Shown piece after piece: positions 45,499 through 54,943 of a DNA stretch of 64,000 bases. The position numbers were made by a program, and so were the translations under genes. Position 1 is the first letter of the stretch, and each line of letters starts with the position of its first letter. The stretch is from a virus (lineage: Duplodnaviria > Caudoviricetes), in the IMG/VR virus record IMGVR_UViG_3300020331_000002, one strand, 5' to 3'. The notes below the pieces were generated by a model, which did not search any database, was not told where the DNA came from, and saw only the letters and a program-made list of their open reading frames with translations.

Positions 45499-46099
45499 AA
45501 ATGCGCAGCTTGAATTTTCTAGGAGTGTTTCACCAGACACAATGTATGTGCCTTGGCAATTAACTTCACGGACAAGATGGCTAAAGTCCAAACTCAACTG
45601 CACTGTGTATTATGAGGCACGGACGTTCTACTTAAAGGACATCAAACGCCGCCATTTTTGGCTTTCGTACATGATGGACTATATCACGTTTGTCCTTGCA
45701 TGGGGCGACGAGATCGAAACCGGATTCGCATCACACATTAAAATGTTATTGGTGATAATGGGCGGCATAGTAGTCCCGTTTACTGGTATTTTGTACGCTC
45801 GTGAAATGAAACGCGAACTCGCTAAATGGAAAGTGAAGGATGGCGAAGACACCTTTTTTGCAACCCGTACCGTTGAACTATACTGGTTCTCATCCAACTC
45901 ACTTGATATCCCGCCTACCCATGAGTTTAATGTTAAAGAGAAGTACAAGATGGGTACTGTTGGTTGCCGGTATTGTTCTGGTTTGTGTAACAAGGATTTA
46001 TCTGGCACAACGAAGATGATGTGCCGGAACGATAACTGTCATTACGACGAACTATCCCCCAAGAACTATTATAGCACGAATAAAGGGGTCAACACATGA
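45479..46099 (+). CDS. Membrane-anchored protein with C-terminal Cys cluster (start uncertain)
   Basis: One TM; CRYC...C...C. Confidence 0.55.
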   Translation: MFFRNYRNAQLEFSRSVSPDTMYVPWQLTSRTRWLKSKLNCTVYYEARTFYLKDIKRRHFWLSYMMDYITFVLAWGDEIETGFASHIKMLLVIMGGIVVPFTGILYAREMKRELAKWKVKDGEDTFFATRTVELYWFSSNSLDIPPTHEFNVKEKYKMGTVGCRYCSGLCNKDLSGTTKMMCRNDNCHYDELSPKNYYSTNKGVNT

Positions 46100-46977
46100 T
46101 CGCAGCGTATCGGTATTTTAATACTGAGTTGGGCATGTGGCAGTATGTCGACTGTCACCAAGCAGGATCAGTAAAGGGTTATGAAGTTAAGGCTGTGTTC
46201 AGTAATGTTGACGCTTACGGGCTACCAATTATCCAGGGTAACCGCTACGCGTTGATGATACCTGAAATAGGCACGAATGCAGCATACGGTGATGTATACG
46301 AGTGTATTGTACACGAAGAGCCCGTGGATGACATACCTGCTCTAGTACCAGTGGATGGTGACTTTTCTGACACAATTGTCGTACATGTAGATGAACTAAC
46401 GAAAAACTTTGCGTTAGTGCTAGATAGTGATACCAATACCGTACCGCTACGGGTGGTATCAGACATGGCCTCTGCATTAGTGACCGCTTGTGTAGACTTA
46501 ATCAAAGACGATCATTACGATGCTGCTGAATACATGATGAGTGAGTTTCTTGCAGCCGAACCCCAGCGCCGCAAGTATATAGAAGCACAGTTATCAGATG
46601 GTTCTGCAAGTGCGCGTTCTTTTATTGACGAGATCAGCTCACTACGTTACGCACTAACCCAAGCAAAGCTTGCTATCAAAAACAGCAAGTGTCGTGAAGA
46701 GTATCTTAAAGATGAACTTATGCGTGCGTCGCGTGATAATATTGAGCTAGAACACACGCGCATGCGAATGTTCAACGACGAAGAAGTATGGATATATGAT
46801 CCTAAAGGTGAAAACATAATTAGTTCTTTAGTGTGCCCGCTAACAATGCACGCTTCAACCTTACAGGACATTACAAATCTGGCAGTTGATCGCGCACTAG
46901 CGGCAAAGAATGCCAAGGAAATAGAACAATTACGCAACGAAATCGAATCAGGAGTGTTTTATGACAACCATCCTTGA
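46096..46977 (+). CDS. Hypothetical protein with coiled-coil C-half
   Basis: GGGG RBS; ATGA coupling. Confidence 0.7.
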   Translation: MIAAYRYFNTELGMWQYVDCHQAGSVKGYEVKAVFSNVDAYGLPIIQGNRYALMIPEIGTNAAYGDVYECIVHEEPVDDIPALVPVDGDFSDTIVVHVDELTKNFALVLDSDTNTVPLRVVSDMASALVTACVDLIKDDHYDAAEYMMSEFLAAEPQRRKYIEAQLSDGSASARSFIDEISSLRYALTQAKLAIKNSKCREEYLKDELMRASRDNIELEHTRMRMFNDEEVWIYDPKGENIISSLVCPLTMHASTLQDITNLAVDRALAAKNAKEIEQLRNEIESGVFYDNHP

Positions 46978-47254
46978 TATGGGAAAGTTAACAAATAGTG
47001 TTGAGGTGGCCAATGATGATCACGGCCCACACAAACATTTAAAAGTGATGATTGGTCTGAATCCGTTTGATTATTCTACCACATCGTTTACTAAGGTGCG
47101 AAGAATTAGAGTACCTGAAGAAAACATACACCAAGTCGCTGACGTACTAGAAGACCTCTTAAACTGTGCCATGAACACCGGCGCAAATGCTGTACAGGAA
47201 CAGGTAAGACTTGCAGAGCTCGAACGCAAGAACGCGCTAGAACGGGGTTGGTGA
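46961..47254 (+). CDS. Hypothetical protein
   Basis: AGGAG RBS. Confidence 0.65.
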   Translation: MTTILDMGKLTNSVEVANDDHGPHKHLKVMIGLNPFDYSTTSFTKVRRIRVPEENIHQVADVLEDLLNCAMNTGANAVQEQVRLAELERKNALERGW

Positions 47255-47255
47255 T

Positions 47256-47573
47256 ATGTTTCAACGCTATGAGTACGAATACGTACTAGATTTCTTAGCG
47301 ACCCTGAGGCTTGAAGGACACGATGTAGAAGTGCTGAGTTCAGGGTACCTTACCAATATGATATGGATAAGTTTTTCGCTACAGTATTCTGAATCAGGCA
47401 CACTCATTTTTAGTCTTAAAAAGAACAAATACGGTTACGGGTTGTCTGTATCTGACTTTAACGAATCGTCGCTAGTGGCAGTCTCGTCCCCGCCGCCGGG
47501 CATTACTGATGATGTTTCCGGTGTTAATGAGTTGCTTGATGAGGTGAGGAAACGGTTACCCGACCCGCGTTAG
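47256..47573 (+). CDS. Hypothetical protein
   Basis: Adjacent ORF. Confidence 0.6.
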   Translation: MFQRYEYEYVLDFLATLRLEGHDVEVLSSGYLTNMIWISFSLQYSESGTLIFSLKKNKYGYGLSVSDFNESSLVAVSSPPPGITDDVSGVNELLDEVRKRLPDPR

Positions 47574-47788
47574 GCCGGAACCTCTGTTTTGAAAAGGTCG
47601 TCTTTACAGTAAGACGACTCTTTCGTCTTCGTATTCAGATAAATGCGCCAAAGCCCGTTTAAAACCATACCAGATATGACGTCACTATTAGGGTAGAGTT
47701 TGTCTACCTGTATGGTGTAAGTGTTAAATTCGAGTATATACGGCAAACGACAATACGGTGTTCCCGCAAATAAGCAAAGTTGTTTCAT
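47570..47788 (-). CDS. Small hypothetical protein (convergent)
   Basis: AAGGA RBS on the minus strand. Confidence 0.65.
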   Translation of the reverse strand: MKQLCLFAGTPYCRLPYILEFNTYTIQVDKLYPNSDVISGMVLNGLWRIYLNTKTKESSYCKDDLFKTEVPA

Positions 47789-47873
47789 AGTTTGTCCTTT
47801 TTTATTTCTTTTAGTCTACTATTAGTGCAACCCTAAGTAAACCTTTTCTTGAATGTGAAACTTTCTCAGACAG

Positions 47874-47879
47874 TAAATA
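47874..47879 (+). promoter_or_regulatory. Putative late promoter TAAATA of the cassette operon
   Basis: 28 nt before ATG 47907. Confidence 0.6.
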
Positions 47880-47906
47880 TGATAAAACAACATAACGGGG
47901 CAGAGT

Positions 47907-48224
47907 ATGATTCATAATGTTCGAGTGTATACCTCGCGCGAGCTGGCCGCTGAAGAAATAGACGAGTTGATAGACGCGGTGGATTACGTTGTAGATGTAG
48001 TGCCACGCGATTTCTACGACAACGAACACAACATGCAAGTGAGCTATCTTAACGTATACGATCAAGAAGAAGGTGACTGGGTATATGAGATGTCAGTAGC
48101 GCGTATGCTACAAGACACCGACGCACAAGAAATCATCGAAATACTAAGTGAGTTCCTGGATGTAGACTTTGACTTAGACGCATCCTTTGAAGAAGATGAA
48201 TGTGAGGCGTGTAATGCCAATTAG
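47907..48224 (+). CDS. Very acidic small protein heading the cassette operon
   Basis: D/E-rich; ends EEDECEACNAN; overlaps cassette gene 1. Confidence 0.7.
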   Translation: MIHNVRVYTSRELAAEEIDELIDAVDYVVDVVPRDFYDNEHNMQVSYLNVYDQEEGDWVYEMSVARMLQDTDAQEIIEILSEFLDVDFDLDASFEEDECEACNAN

Positions 48225-49401
48225 ATTTAGAGGCCCGGTGAGGCCACGTAAATTAAAATCACCAGATCCAATTAATATACCAACAGTACGCGACAATAAA
48301 GCATCACGGGTTAGAAGCGATGTCGAGTACTTCAAAGCCAATGGCGAGATGCCGAGCGTAACTTCGAAATGGTCGTCCATGTCTGTATACTTCCAGATTC
48401 CTGGACACACAGCAAACGGCGGTGTCGACTCGGTTGATGTAAACGGCGATGTAATGGCCATAATGTCTTCGGCAACAAACACGATCTATATCTTTAAGAA
48501 AGACGTGAACGGCGAATATCAACAAACCGATACAACCACGCAATCTGGCGGTGATTATTCCGACATTTACCTTATGCCTGCTGTAGGCAAGGTTGTATAC
48601 TCTGCACCGTTGGCCAGTAGCAACGAGGGTCGTTTAGTTGCTATGGACCTTGACTTTGCAACAGGCATCCTGGACCAGGCATCTAGAAACGTTTATCCGT
48701 TAAGTACCGGGAGAGACAACTCGTACGACGGCCGTGGCATAATCGGCATTGGCAATACTATATTCAGTGGCGCGCCGGGGTATTACTTGAGCAGTGCCAG
48801 CGCACGTGGTGGCTTGTTATCGTTCCGTGACACTGCGTCTGGCGCATTAAAGCCCCTTAACGTGTCTTACTTAGGCGGTATAAATGAATCAAATAATCAC
48901 GTCTACGGTAACCGCATATATAACGAAGACGGTTTGTTCGCTAACACGCTAGCAACTGATAGTAGCCGCCTCTTAGTACTTGCGCCTGGTGCTGCGTCAT
49001 TCAATACAGCTGATAACGGTTATATATCTGTATTTGACTATGACGACACGAATCAGTCACTAACAGAGATACAGAAGATAGACAACCCGGCGATGCCGCA
49101 GTATGCAGGAACTCAAGCTTCAATGAGAGCCTTAGCCGCGCTGAATGGCAAAATACTTGCGCTGCTTAATGTCGGCGGACCAGATAACAACTACGACCCC
49201 TTACGAACGTCTTTGGTAGAGTATACATGGGACGGTAGTGCGTATATTCAATCAGGATGGTCGGATGTAGAGTTATCCCCTGATTGGACGGCTAACAGTA
49301 CAGACAGCGTAATAGCCCATATGACTATGCTAAGTGATACTGAACTATTGATACCTGGTACTGGCATATCAGGTGGCAAAATTTATAAGGTGACAAAGTA
49401 A
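48214..49401 (+). CDS. Cassette gene 1: constant N-module plus beta-propeller-like domain
   Basis: MPIRFRGPVRPRKLKSPDPIN...GEMPS; repeated beta-strand units; homologous to gene 4 over its length. Confidence 0.85.
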   Translation: MPIRFRGPVRPRKLKSPDPINIPTVRDNKASRVRSDVEYFKANGEMPSVTSKWSSMSVYFQIPGHTANGGVDSVDVNGDVMAIMSSATNTIYIFKKDVNGEYQQTDTTTQSGGDYSDIYLMPAVGKVVYSAPLASSNEGRLVAMDLDFATGILDQASRNVYPLSTGRDNSYDGRGIIGIGNTIFSGAPGYYLSSASARGGLLSFRDTASGALKPLNVSYLGGINESNNHVYGNRIYNEDGLFANTLATDSSRLLVLAPGAASFNTADNGYISVFDYDDTNQSLTEIQKIDNPAMPQYAGTQASMRALAALNGKILALLNVGGPDNNYDPLRTSLVEYTWDGSAYIQSGWSDVELSPDWTANSTDSVIAHMTMLSDTELLIPGTGISGGKIYKVTK

Positions 49402-50141
49402 TGCCAATTAGATTCAGAGGCCCGGTAAGGCCGAAAAAACTAATATCACCAGACCCAATCAATATTCCGGTTATAAGGAATGATAAAGTACCAAAGATCA
49501 AATCCGAAGTACAGTATTACAAAGAACACGGCGAGATGCCACTAACCGGCGAACGCGTTCCTGAAAGCAGACTATCACGTATTGACTGGAAAGTAGCGGG
49601 CGACAAACTATCTGTACTTGACTACCAAACAGGTATCGAGTACCTTCGTTTATCTGAATCAGTTGGACGATCAATCGATGACGTTAGTGCTAACTTCGGC
49701 ACAGGCGGAGACTTCGAAGGCTGGCGTCTAGCTACTGAAGCAGAGATTAATTCTTTTATGGACTACGTAGTCGCATCAGCCGGCACTGGTCCGGGCTTTA
49801 CTACTGACGGACAGAGCGCGAACGTCAGCACATCCTTACAAGAATGGCAGGACTTTGTTCGTATAATGGGTTATACTTACACCGTTTCGGACAGACTGCA
49901 CTCGTTTGGTATATTCTACGACGGCTCTGAAATACTTAACTCAGGTGTGCTGGGGTACGATAGTGGCGATGCGCGTTTTAGACGTAGTCACAACGATGGT
50001 GGTATTGACAATAACACTTCAAGTTCATTGGCTGCTGCGGGTGTGTGGATAGTAAACGACGGTGGGGTCAGTATCGAGTCCATTGAATATCCTGAACTCA
50101 ATAAAAACAACCCTAACTCGCCATATAACCAAGGAGGTTGA
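49401..50141 (+). CDS. Cassette gene 2: constant N-module plus DUF1566/Lcl-like domain
   Basis: DYQTGIEYLRL..S.G......FEGWRLATEAEI; ends NNPNSPYNQGG. Confidence 0.85.
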   Translation: MPIRFRGPVRPKKLISPDPINIPVIRNDKVPKIKSEVQYYKEHGEMPLTGERVPESRLSRIDWKVAGDKLSVLDYQTGIEYLRLSESVGRSIDDVSANFGTGGDFEGWRLATEAEINSFMDYVVASAGTGPGFTTDGQSANVSTSLQEWQDFVRIMGYTYTVSDRLHSFGIFYDGSEILNSGVLGYDSGDARFRRSHNDGGIDNNTSSSLAAAGVWIVNDGGVSIESIEYPELNKNNPNSPYNQGG

Positions 50142-50143
50142 TT

Positions 50144-50875
50144 ATGCCGATTAGATTTAAAGGTCCAGTAAGGCCACGTAAACTAATATCACCTGATCCG
50201 ATTAATATTCCGGTTGTTCGTGATAATAAGGCATCGCGTGTTAGGCAAGACGTCGAGTACTTCAAAGCCAACGGAGAAATGCCAAGTGTTGAGCCGACAT
50301 TAGGTCCGCCAGAAGGTCAAGCAATAGGCGACGCTGACGTATCGACGGCCGGGGATAATAAAGCATTCATCGATTACCGAACTGGTCTTGAGTGGGTTCG
50401 GCTTGCCCAAACGAATACATTCACTGACACGACTATCCAAAATGAGCTACAAGAAGGCGGCCAATTCGAAGGGTTTAGAATTGCAAATGAGGCTGAAACG
50501 GAATCATTGCTGCACACAATTACACCTAATTATTTCGACCCCGTTCATGTTTATGCAGTCGATACTCACTACATTGTGCCGGCACAATGGCACAACTGGA
50601 ACTCTATAATGGGTATAACAGGCAACAAACACGGAAGGGACTGGTCGTATGGCATATACGACACCGGTTCTGGCTTCAAACACGGCGGAACTGACGCTTG
50701 GGCTGAATCTAATAGGTTGCCTAATAGGCTGATGAAGTTCAATAAAAGTGAGGCCCTTGACTTTGATTTCATGGGCATATTTTTAGTGTCAGACGGCGGC
50801 AACACCTTGTTGAGTCAAGAGTTCCCTCACTACATGGTTAATAACCCTAACTCGCCATATAACCAAGGAACGTAA
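50144..50875 (+). CDS. Cassette gene 3: constant N-module plus DUF1566/Lcl-like domain
   Basis: DYRTGLEWVRL......FEGFRIANEAET; ends NNPNSPYNQGT. Confidence 0.85.
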   Translation: MPIRFKGPVRPRKLISPDPINIPVVRDNKASRVRQDVEYFKANGEMPSVEPTLGPPEGQAIGDADVSTAGDNKAFIDYRTGLEWVRLAQTNTFTDTTIQNELQEGGQFEGFRIANEAETESLLHTITPNYFDPVHVYAVDTHYIVPAQWHNWNSIMGITGNKHGRDWSYGIYDTGSGFKHGGTDAWAESNRLPNRLMKFNKSEALDFDFMGIFLVSDGGNTLLSQEFPHYMVNNPNSPYNQGT

Positions 50876-50877
50876 CA

Positions 50878-52032
50878 ATGCCAATTAGATTTAGAGGGCC
50901 GGTGAGGCCACGTAAATTAAAATCACCTGATCCGATTAATATGCCTGTTGTTAGGGACAACAAAGTCCCTAAAGTCAAAGCAGAGGTAGAGTATTATAAA
51001 GAACATGGCGAGATGCCTAGCATATCAGGACCTTGGTCCTCTGTTACGACTTATTTTGGTCTATCTTCGAATAGCACAGTAGACCCCATTGCTGGTTTTG
51101 ATGTGTACAATGACGATATCATTGTTATAGCAAATAGAGAAACTTCGTCGGCAGAGTCGTATAAACGCAACGGAAGTACCGGTGAGTGGGAATATGTTGA
51201 CGGCAAATATATTGCGAATATTCGCAACGGTGATATTTTAATAAACGCAGACGACAGCAAAGTGTTTATCGGCGCAACGCATGTTTCTAATTCTACTGGT
51301 ACCGTTATTGAGTGTGGTATAGATTTATCTACGGGCACATTGGCCGGGACGCATACTAGTCGCCCGTCTGGTAATTCACAAGACTATGTATACGACGGCT
51401 CCAGAATAGTGGATGTTGGTAACAACCTTATTATATCTTCTGGTCCCGGGTTTACTGCAAACTCTGCCAGAGCGGGCATTATATGGTTCAGAGACAGGAC
51501 AACTGGCGCAGTTTCGCAGATAGTCAGGAACTTCCAAAACGGGTTGACGAATAGCGGTTTCGGAACTAACAGTGGTAATCACCAACTGGGTTTAGGACAC
51601 AGGGATTATTTATGGAGCGCTTCTACCATAGTAGATGATGGTCGACTGGTCGTTGCGGCTTCGCCGTCAGGTGATAGCGATGCGTTGTTGAATAATAGCT
51701 TCGCTACCGTGTTTACTTGGGATGGCACAACAATTGCTGATATACAACAAATACAAGCACCGGGCAACGGCGAGCGCATGATAGCCGTGTTTAATTCGGA
51801 TACATCCGGGAACTTCTACATGGTTTTAGACAACGGCGACAATACTAGGGACCTTATTGAATACTCATGGAATGGTTCAAGTTATGATCAGATTAGCAGA
51901 GCTAAATGGGGCCTTGCATTTGATATGGTGAGCAGGGAAAGTCTTATTCGAACCCGCACGATGCCAGACGGCTCGCTTCTTATTTCGGCGTCAGACAGCT
52001 CTGGCGAAATAAAACGCATCACGAGGAATTAA
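50878..52032 (+). CDS. Cassette gene 4: constant N-module plus beta-propeller-like domain
   Basis: YDGSRIVDVGNNLIISSGPG..SARAGIIWFRD aligns with gene 1 YDGRGIIGIGNTIFSGAPG..SARGGLLSFRD. Confidence 0.85.
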   Translation: MPIRFRGPVRPRKLKSPDPINMPVVRDNKVPKVKAEVEYYKEHGEMPSISGPWSSVTTYFGLSSNSTVDPIAGFDVYNDDIIVIANRETSSAESYKRNGSTGEWEYVDGKYIANIRNGDILINADDSKVFIGATHVSNSTGTVIECGIDLSTGTLAGTHTSRPSGNSQDYVYDGSRIVDVGNNLIISSGPGFTANSARAGIIWFRDRTTGAVSQIVRNFQNGLTNSGFGTNSGNHQLGLGHRDYLWSASTIVDDGRLVVAASPSGDSDALLNNSFATVFTWDGTTIADIQQIQAPGNGERMIAVFNSDTSGNFYMVLDNGDNTRDLIEYSWNGSSYDQISRAKWGLAFDMVSRESLIRTRTMPDGSLLISASDSSGEIKRITRN

Positions 52033-52035
52033 TCA

Positions 52036-52803
52036 ATGCCAATTAAATTTAGTGGGCCGGTGAAACCACAAAAACTAAAATCACCAGATCCGATTAATAT
52101 GCCGGTTGTTCGCGATAACAGAGCGCCAAAGATCAAGGCCGATGTAGAATACTACAAAGAAAACGGCGAGATGCCGTCTGTATATGACGGTCCTTACATA
52201 GCGCAAACACAGAACCTGCTCGAAAATAACAAGTTTGCCTGGGCTGATAATCCTGACCAATCATCAACGACAGCGACCACAGCCGATACTTGGACGAATT
52301 CAAATGGTCTATTTCGTATTCACACATACTCTGGGCCTGATATAGAGAAACTAGGTTTGGTAGACGGCGAAGTACTGCGCTACGCACGCGGATCAAATAC
52401 ATCGTATGCACAGATATTCAAGACTTTGGATCTGGATTCGTTAGGTATTAATACTGCTTTGGTTGACGCAGGTGCGGTGACGTTGACTATGGCCGCACTT
52501 TTTGGTGAGGACTATAATGACTCGGATGCCGCAAGGTATAGACTTATACTTAGAAGTGCTGATACCACCCAGCTTGCTACATACAATACCGGATATATAA
52601 GTGTTAATCAATGGTCGTATAGAGAGGTAGCCGACTTGGATGTGCCTGTAAACACACGCTTAATTGATGTTATATTAGATTTTGACAGGAATGCAGGATC
52701 CGGCAGTAACGGTAATATCCTTGCCCCGTATTTAGAATTGAATGTCGTGAACAACGGCACTAACTTGTCTGCATACGAGGCAAACGGGTCAGTATTACTT
52801 TAA
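52036..52803 (+). CDS. Cassette gene 5: constant N-module plus galactose-binding-like jelly-roll domain
   Basis: W......VPVNTR.I.V.L.F.R..G...NG....LEL pattern. Confidence 0.8.
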   Translation: MPIKFSGPVKPQKLKSPDPINMPVVRDNRAPKIKADVEYYKENGEMPSVYDGPYIAQTQNLLENNKFAWADNPDQSSTTATTADTWTNSNGLFRIHTYSGPDIEKLGLVDGEVLRYARGSNTSYAQIFKTLDLDSLGINTALVDAGAVTLTMAALFGEDYNDSDAARYRLILRSADTTQLATYNTGYISVNQWSYREVADLDVPVNTRLIDVILDFDRNAGSGSNGNILAPYLELNVVNNGTNLSAYEANGSVLL

Positions 52804-53018
52804 GATTCAACTAGGGCAGCAATACCGCGCCAAGATTTGTATTGCTGCTCTACTTGTAAAAGAGTATCGAACTCTTTGAACCCAGGCCTACCGAAGTTAT
52901 ATGCACGAGCCGCAGCATTGTCGGTAACCATAAGCCAACGATCACCTAACTTTTCAAGTGTCATTTTGTTACCGCGCGACTCTGTGTAAAATTTGTTTTT
53001 GCTAAGCATCTGAATCAT
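52800..53018 (-). CDS. Small hypothetical protein
   Basis: AAGGT RBS; convergent on the cassette operon. Confidence 0.65.
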   Translation of the reverse strand: MIQMLSKNKFYTESRGNKMTLEKLGDRWLMVTDNAAARAYNFGRPGFKEFDTLLQVEQQYKSWRGIAALVES

Positions 53019-53074
53019 AACTATACCTTACTTGTTTAAGTTCAAGTAGAGTATAGCAATGAAACAAATTATTG

Positions 53075-53560
53075 TCAATTAAAATGTGTGATTAATGACT
53101 CCATCACTTCTTTTGCTCTATCAAGTGCGCGTTCACGTGTCATTGAAGCCACTGTATTGTCAAACTTCCTTAGTGGGTTACTCGACTCTATGGATGACTC
53201 GATTCGTTTTTCGATAACTTTTTCGACATCAGCCATCCCGCGGCATATTGCCAAGTCAACCACTGATGCAGCTTGTGAGCGAATGTTTTCCAATATACGA
53301 TTCGACAGTGTGACTTTGGGATTAATTGAATACGTGTTTTCCACTTTGGCAATTTCTTCCTGGATCACTTCTTTCGCTTTTTCGTCAATAACAGCACGCA
53401 AGCCAGACAGCGCTTCGTTTAGCGCTTCTTTCATCGCTTTGTCATACAGGCGCTTAGTCATTTCAGCGATAACTGCGTTCTGTAATTGTACGCGAACCTC
53501 TGAACCCTCAGGGAATAGTGACTCTACGGCGTTGGTATCAAGTTTAAGTTGAATGCTCAT
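53075..53560 (-). CDS. Helical/coiled-coil hypothetical protein
   Basis: AAGGA RBS before ATG 53560. Confidence 0.7.
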   Translation of the reverse strand: MSIQLKLDTNAVESLFPEGSEVRVQLQNAVIAEMTKRLYDKAMKEALNEALSGLRAVIDEKAKEVIQEEIAKVENTYSINPKVTLSNRILENIRSQAASVVDLAICRGMADVEKVIEKRIESSIESSNPLRKFDNTVASMTRERALDRAKEVMESLITHFN

Positions 53561-53562
53561 AA

Positions 53563-54267
53563 TTAATATTCCTTGTGTTCGTCCCAAAGTTCAGGCAGGT
53601 CACCACCCTCTCGCCACACGTCCTCCATCGTAATATTACGATAAGAAGCATGCGCTCGTGCTCTGCGTCTGCGTGCAGGCGTTGCTTTGTTGTTGAATTT
53701 GTCTTTACAGTTGCCTGGCCCTTTATTAGAACAAAAGCGCTTGTTAGGGTGCGCATCAGGCATTGGCTTTTTACAGCACGCACATTTAGGACCAGTGTAC
53801 TTTTCCATACCGTAACACACTAGCCCAGTACGCTTTTCATTACAGCGTGTTGATGTGCGTTGGTGTTCATGTAGTTGGTTCTTGTTTACCATTTTACGGC
53901 ATGTAGTGCAACCAACTTTGCTTTGCTTCATTCGCTTGCGCAGGTCCAGTTCAAGCTCAATCTCAGCGCTGACAAGCTCTAGCTCTTCGACTTTGGCAAG
54001 GTACTTGGTGTACTTTGGTCCTAGCGCTTCGGCTAAGCCTTTTTCGGTACCCATGCAATCGTCATCGTGCGCTTGCCCTTCGGATACACAACAATGACAG
54101 AAAGTACAGTAAGAATACATACGACCGGCATATTCAGATTCGTATGAGTCGTTGTGTTCGTGCATTTCGATAAGCTTGAGTTCAGCTTTTGAGAACCCGC
54201 TGTGCGACGATTTGGTATCGCGCTCAAGTTGCTCTTTGCGGCGTTTCATATCAGCTAATGTAGTCAT
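53563..54267 (-). CDS. Multi-Zn-finger basic protein
   Basis: CTFC, CTTC...H...C, CACC...FCS...C; Arg-rich tail; GAGGT RBS. Confidence 0.75.
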   Translation of the reverse strand: MTTLADMKRRKEQLERDTKSSHSGFSKAELKLIEMHEHNDSYESEYAGRMYSYCTFCHCCVSEGQAHDDDCMGTEKGLAEALGPKYTKYLAKVEELELVSAEIELELDLRKRMKQSKVGCTTCRKMVNKNQLHEHQRTSTRCNEKRTGLVCYGMEKYTGPKCACCKKPMPDAHPNKRFCSNKGPGNCKDKFNNKATPARRRRARAHASYRNITMEDVWREGGDLPELWDEHKEY

Positions 54268-54283
54268 GGAATACCTCGCTCGG

Positions 54284-54499
54284 TTATGCGTTTGAACGTT
54301 CAAGCTCTGTTTCGTAACGAGCACACGCTAACGTGTAAGCTTGTTTACGGAACTTGGCGTTTGCAATTTCTTCAAAACCGCTGATTTCGGCCTGTTCTTT
54401 TACCATGTAAAGTGGACTGCCGTTTTTTAACATATCAACGATGTGGATAGCGCGTTTAAGGTTTTGTGTTTTAGCTTCTGTGAATTTTATAGTTTTCAT
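54284..54499 (-). CDS. Small hypothetical protein
   Basis: Behind a minus-strand TTTACA-N16-TATACT promoter (about 54553-54580). Confidence 0.7.
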   Translation of the reverse strand: MKTIKFTEAKTQNLKRAIHIVDMLKNGSPLYMVKEQAEISGFEEIANAKFRKQAYTLACARYETELERSNA

Positions 54500-54584
54500 C
54501 TTCTAAACCTGTTTGAGTATCAACTAGACGTTATTGCCTAACTTCTGTGTGTAGTATAATACCTGAGTAGAAGATGTAAAGGAT

Positions 54585-54848
54585 TTATTTGAAGTTTTTA
54601 TTTATTGAAAAGGCGTGTTGGTAACTATCAACAAATTGTATAGATTTGGCTTCTGATACGTCGACAATTCCCATCTCTGTTAGTTGGAAAAGCCGTTCCA
54701 CATCATCGTCGTCGATCATTTCAGCATATAATACATCAGTGCCGAATTCTTTAAACAGGTTGATACTATGTACCAATAGCTTGACTGTCGGCAATTCTTT
54801 GCCGCAAAATAGCAATTCTGTTTTTATTAGTTCTGTATTAAAACACAT
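54585..54848 (-). CDS. Small hypothetical protein
   Basis: GAGGTGG RBS; TATAAATA on the minus strand at 54889-54896. Confidence 0.65.
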   Translation of the reverse strand: MCFNTELIKTELLFCGKELPTVKLLVHSINLFKEFGTDVLYAEMIDDDDVERLFQLTEMGIVDVSEAKSIQFVDSYQHAFSINKNFK

Positions 54849-54943
54849 AGTACCACCTCTGTAACATGTCTTAAGTCTATATACGTATTATTTATATGTC
54901 AATAAATTTAAAATTGAATTTTTAAAAAAGTAGAAAATAAGTC

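Larger units (their letters stand above)
48214..52180 (+). repeat. Five direct repeats of about 145 bp (near 48214, 49401, 50144, 50878, 52036) plus a perfect 27-bp repeat (50109-50135 / 50843-50869)
   Basis: Copies 1 and 4 differ at 1 of the first 50 nt; aaccctaactcgccatataaccaagga occurs twice. Confidence 0.95.

Noticed and set aside
48214-52803. Shufflon/invertible cassette or diversity-generating retroelement explanation for the five-gene array
   Set aside because: All repeats are direct, every cassette is a complete gene, there is no recombinase or reverse transcriptase in the window, and differences between copies are not adenine-specific.
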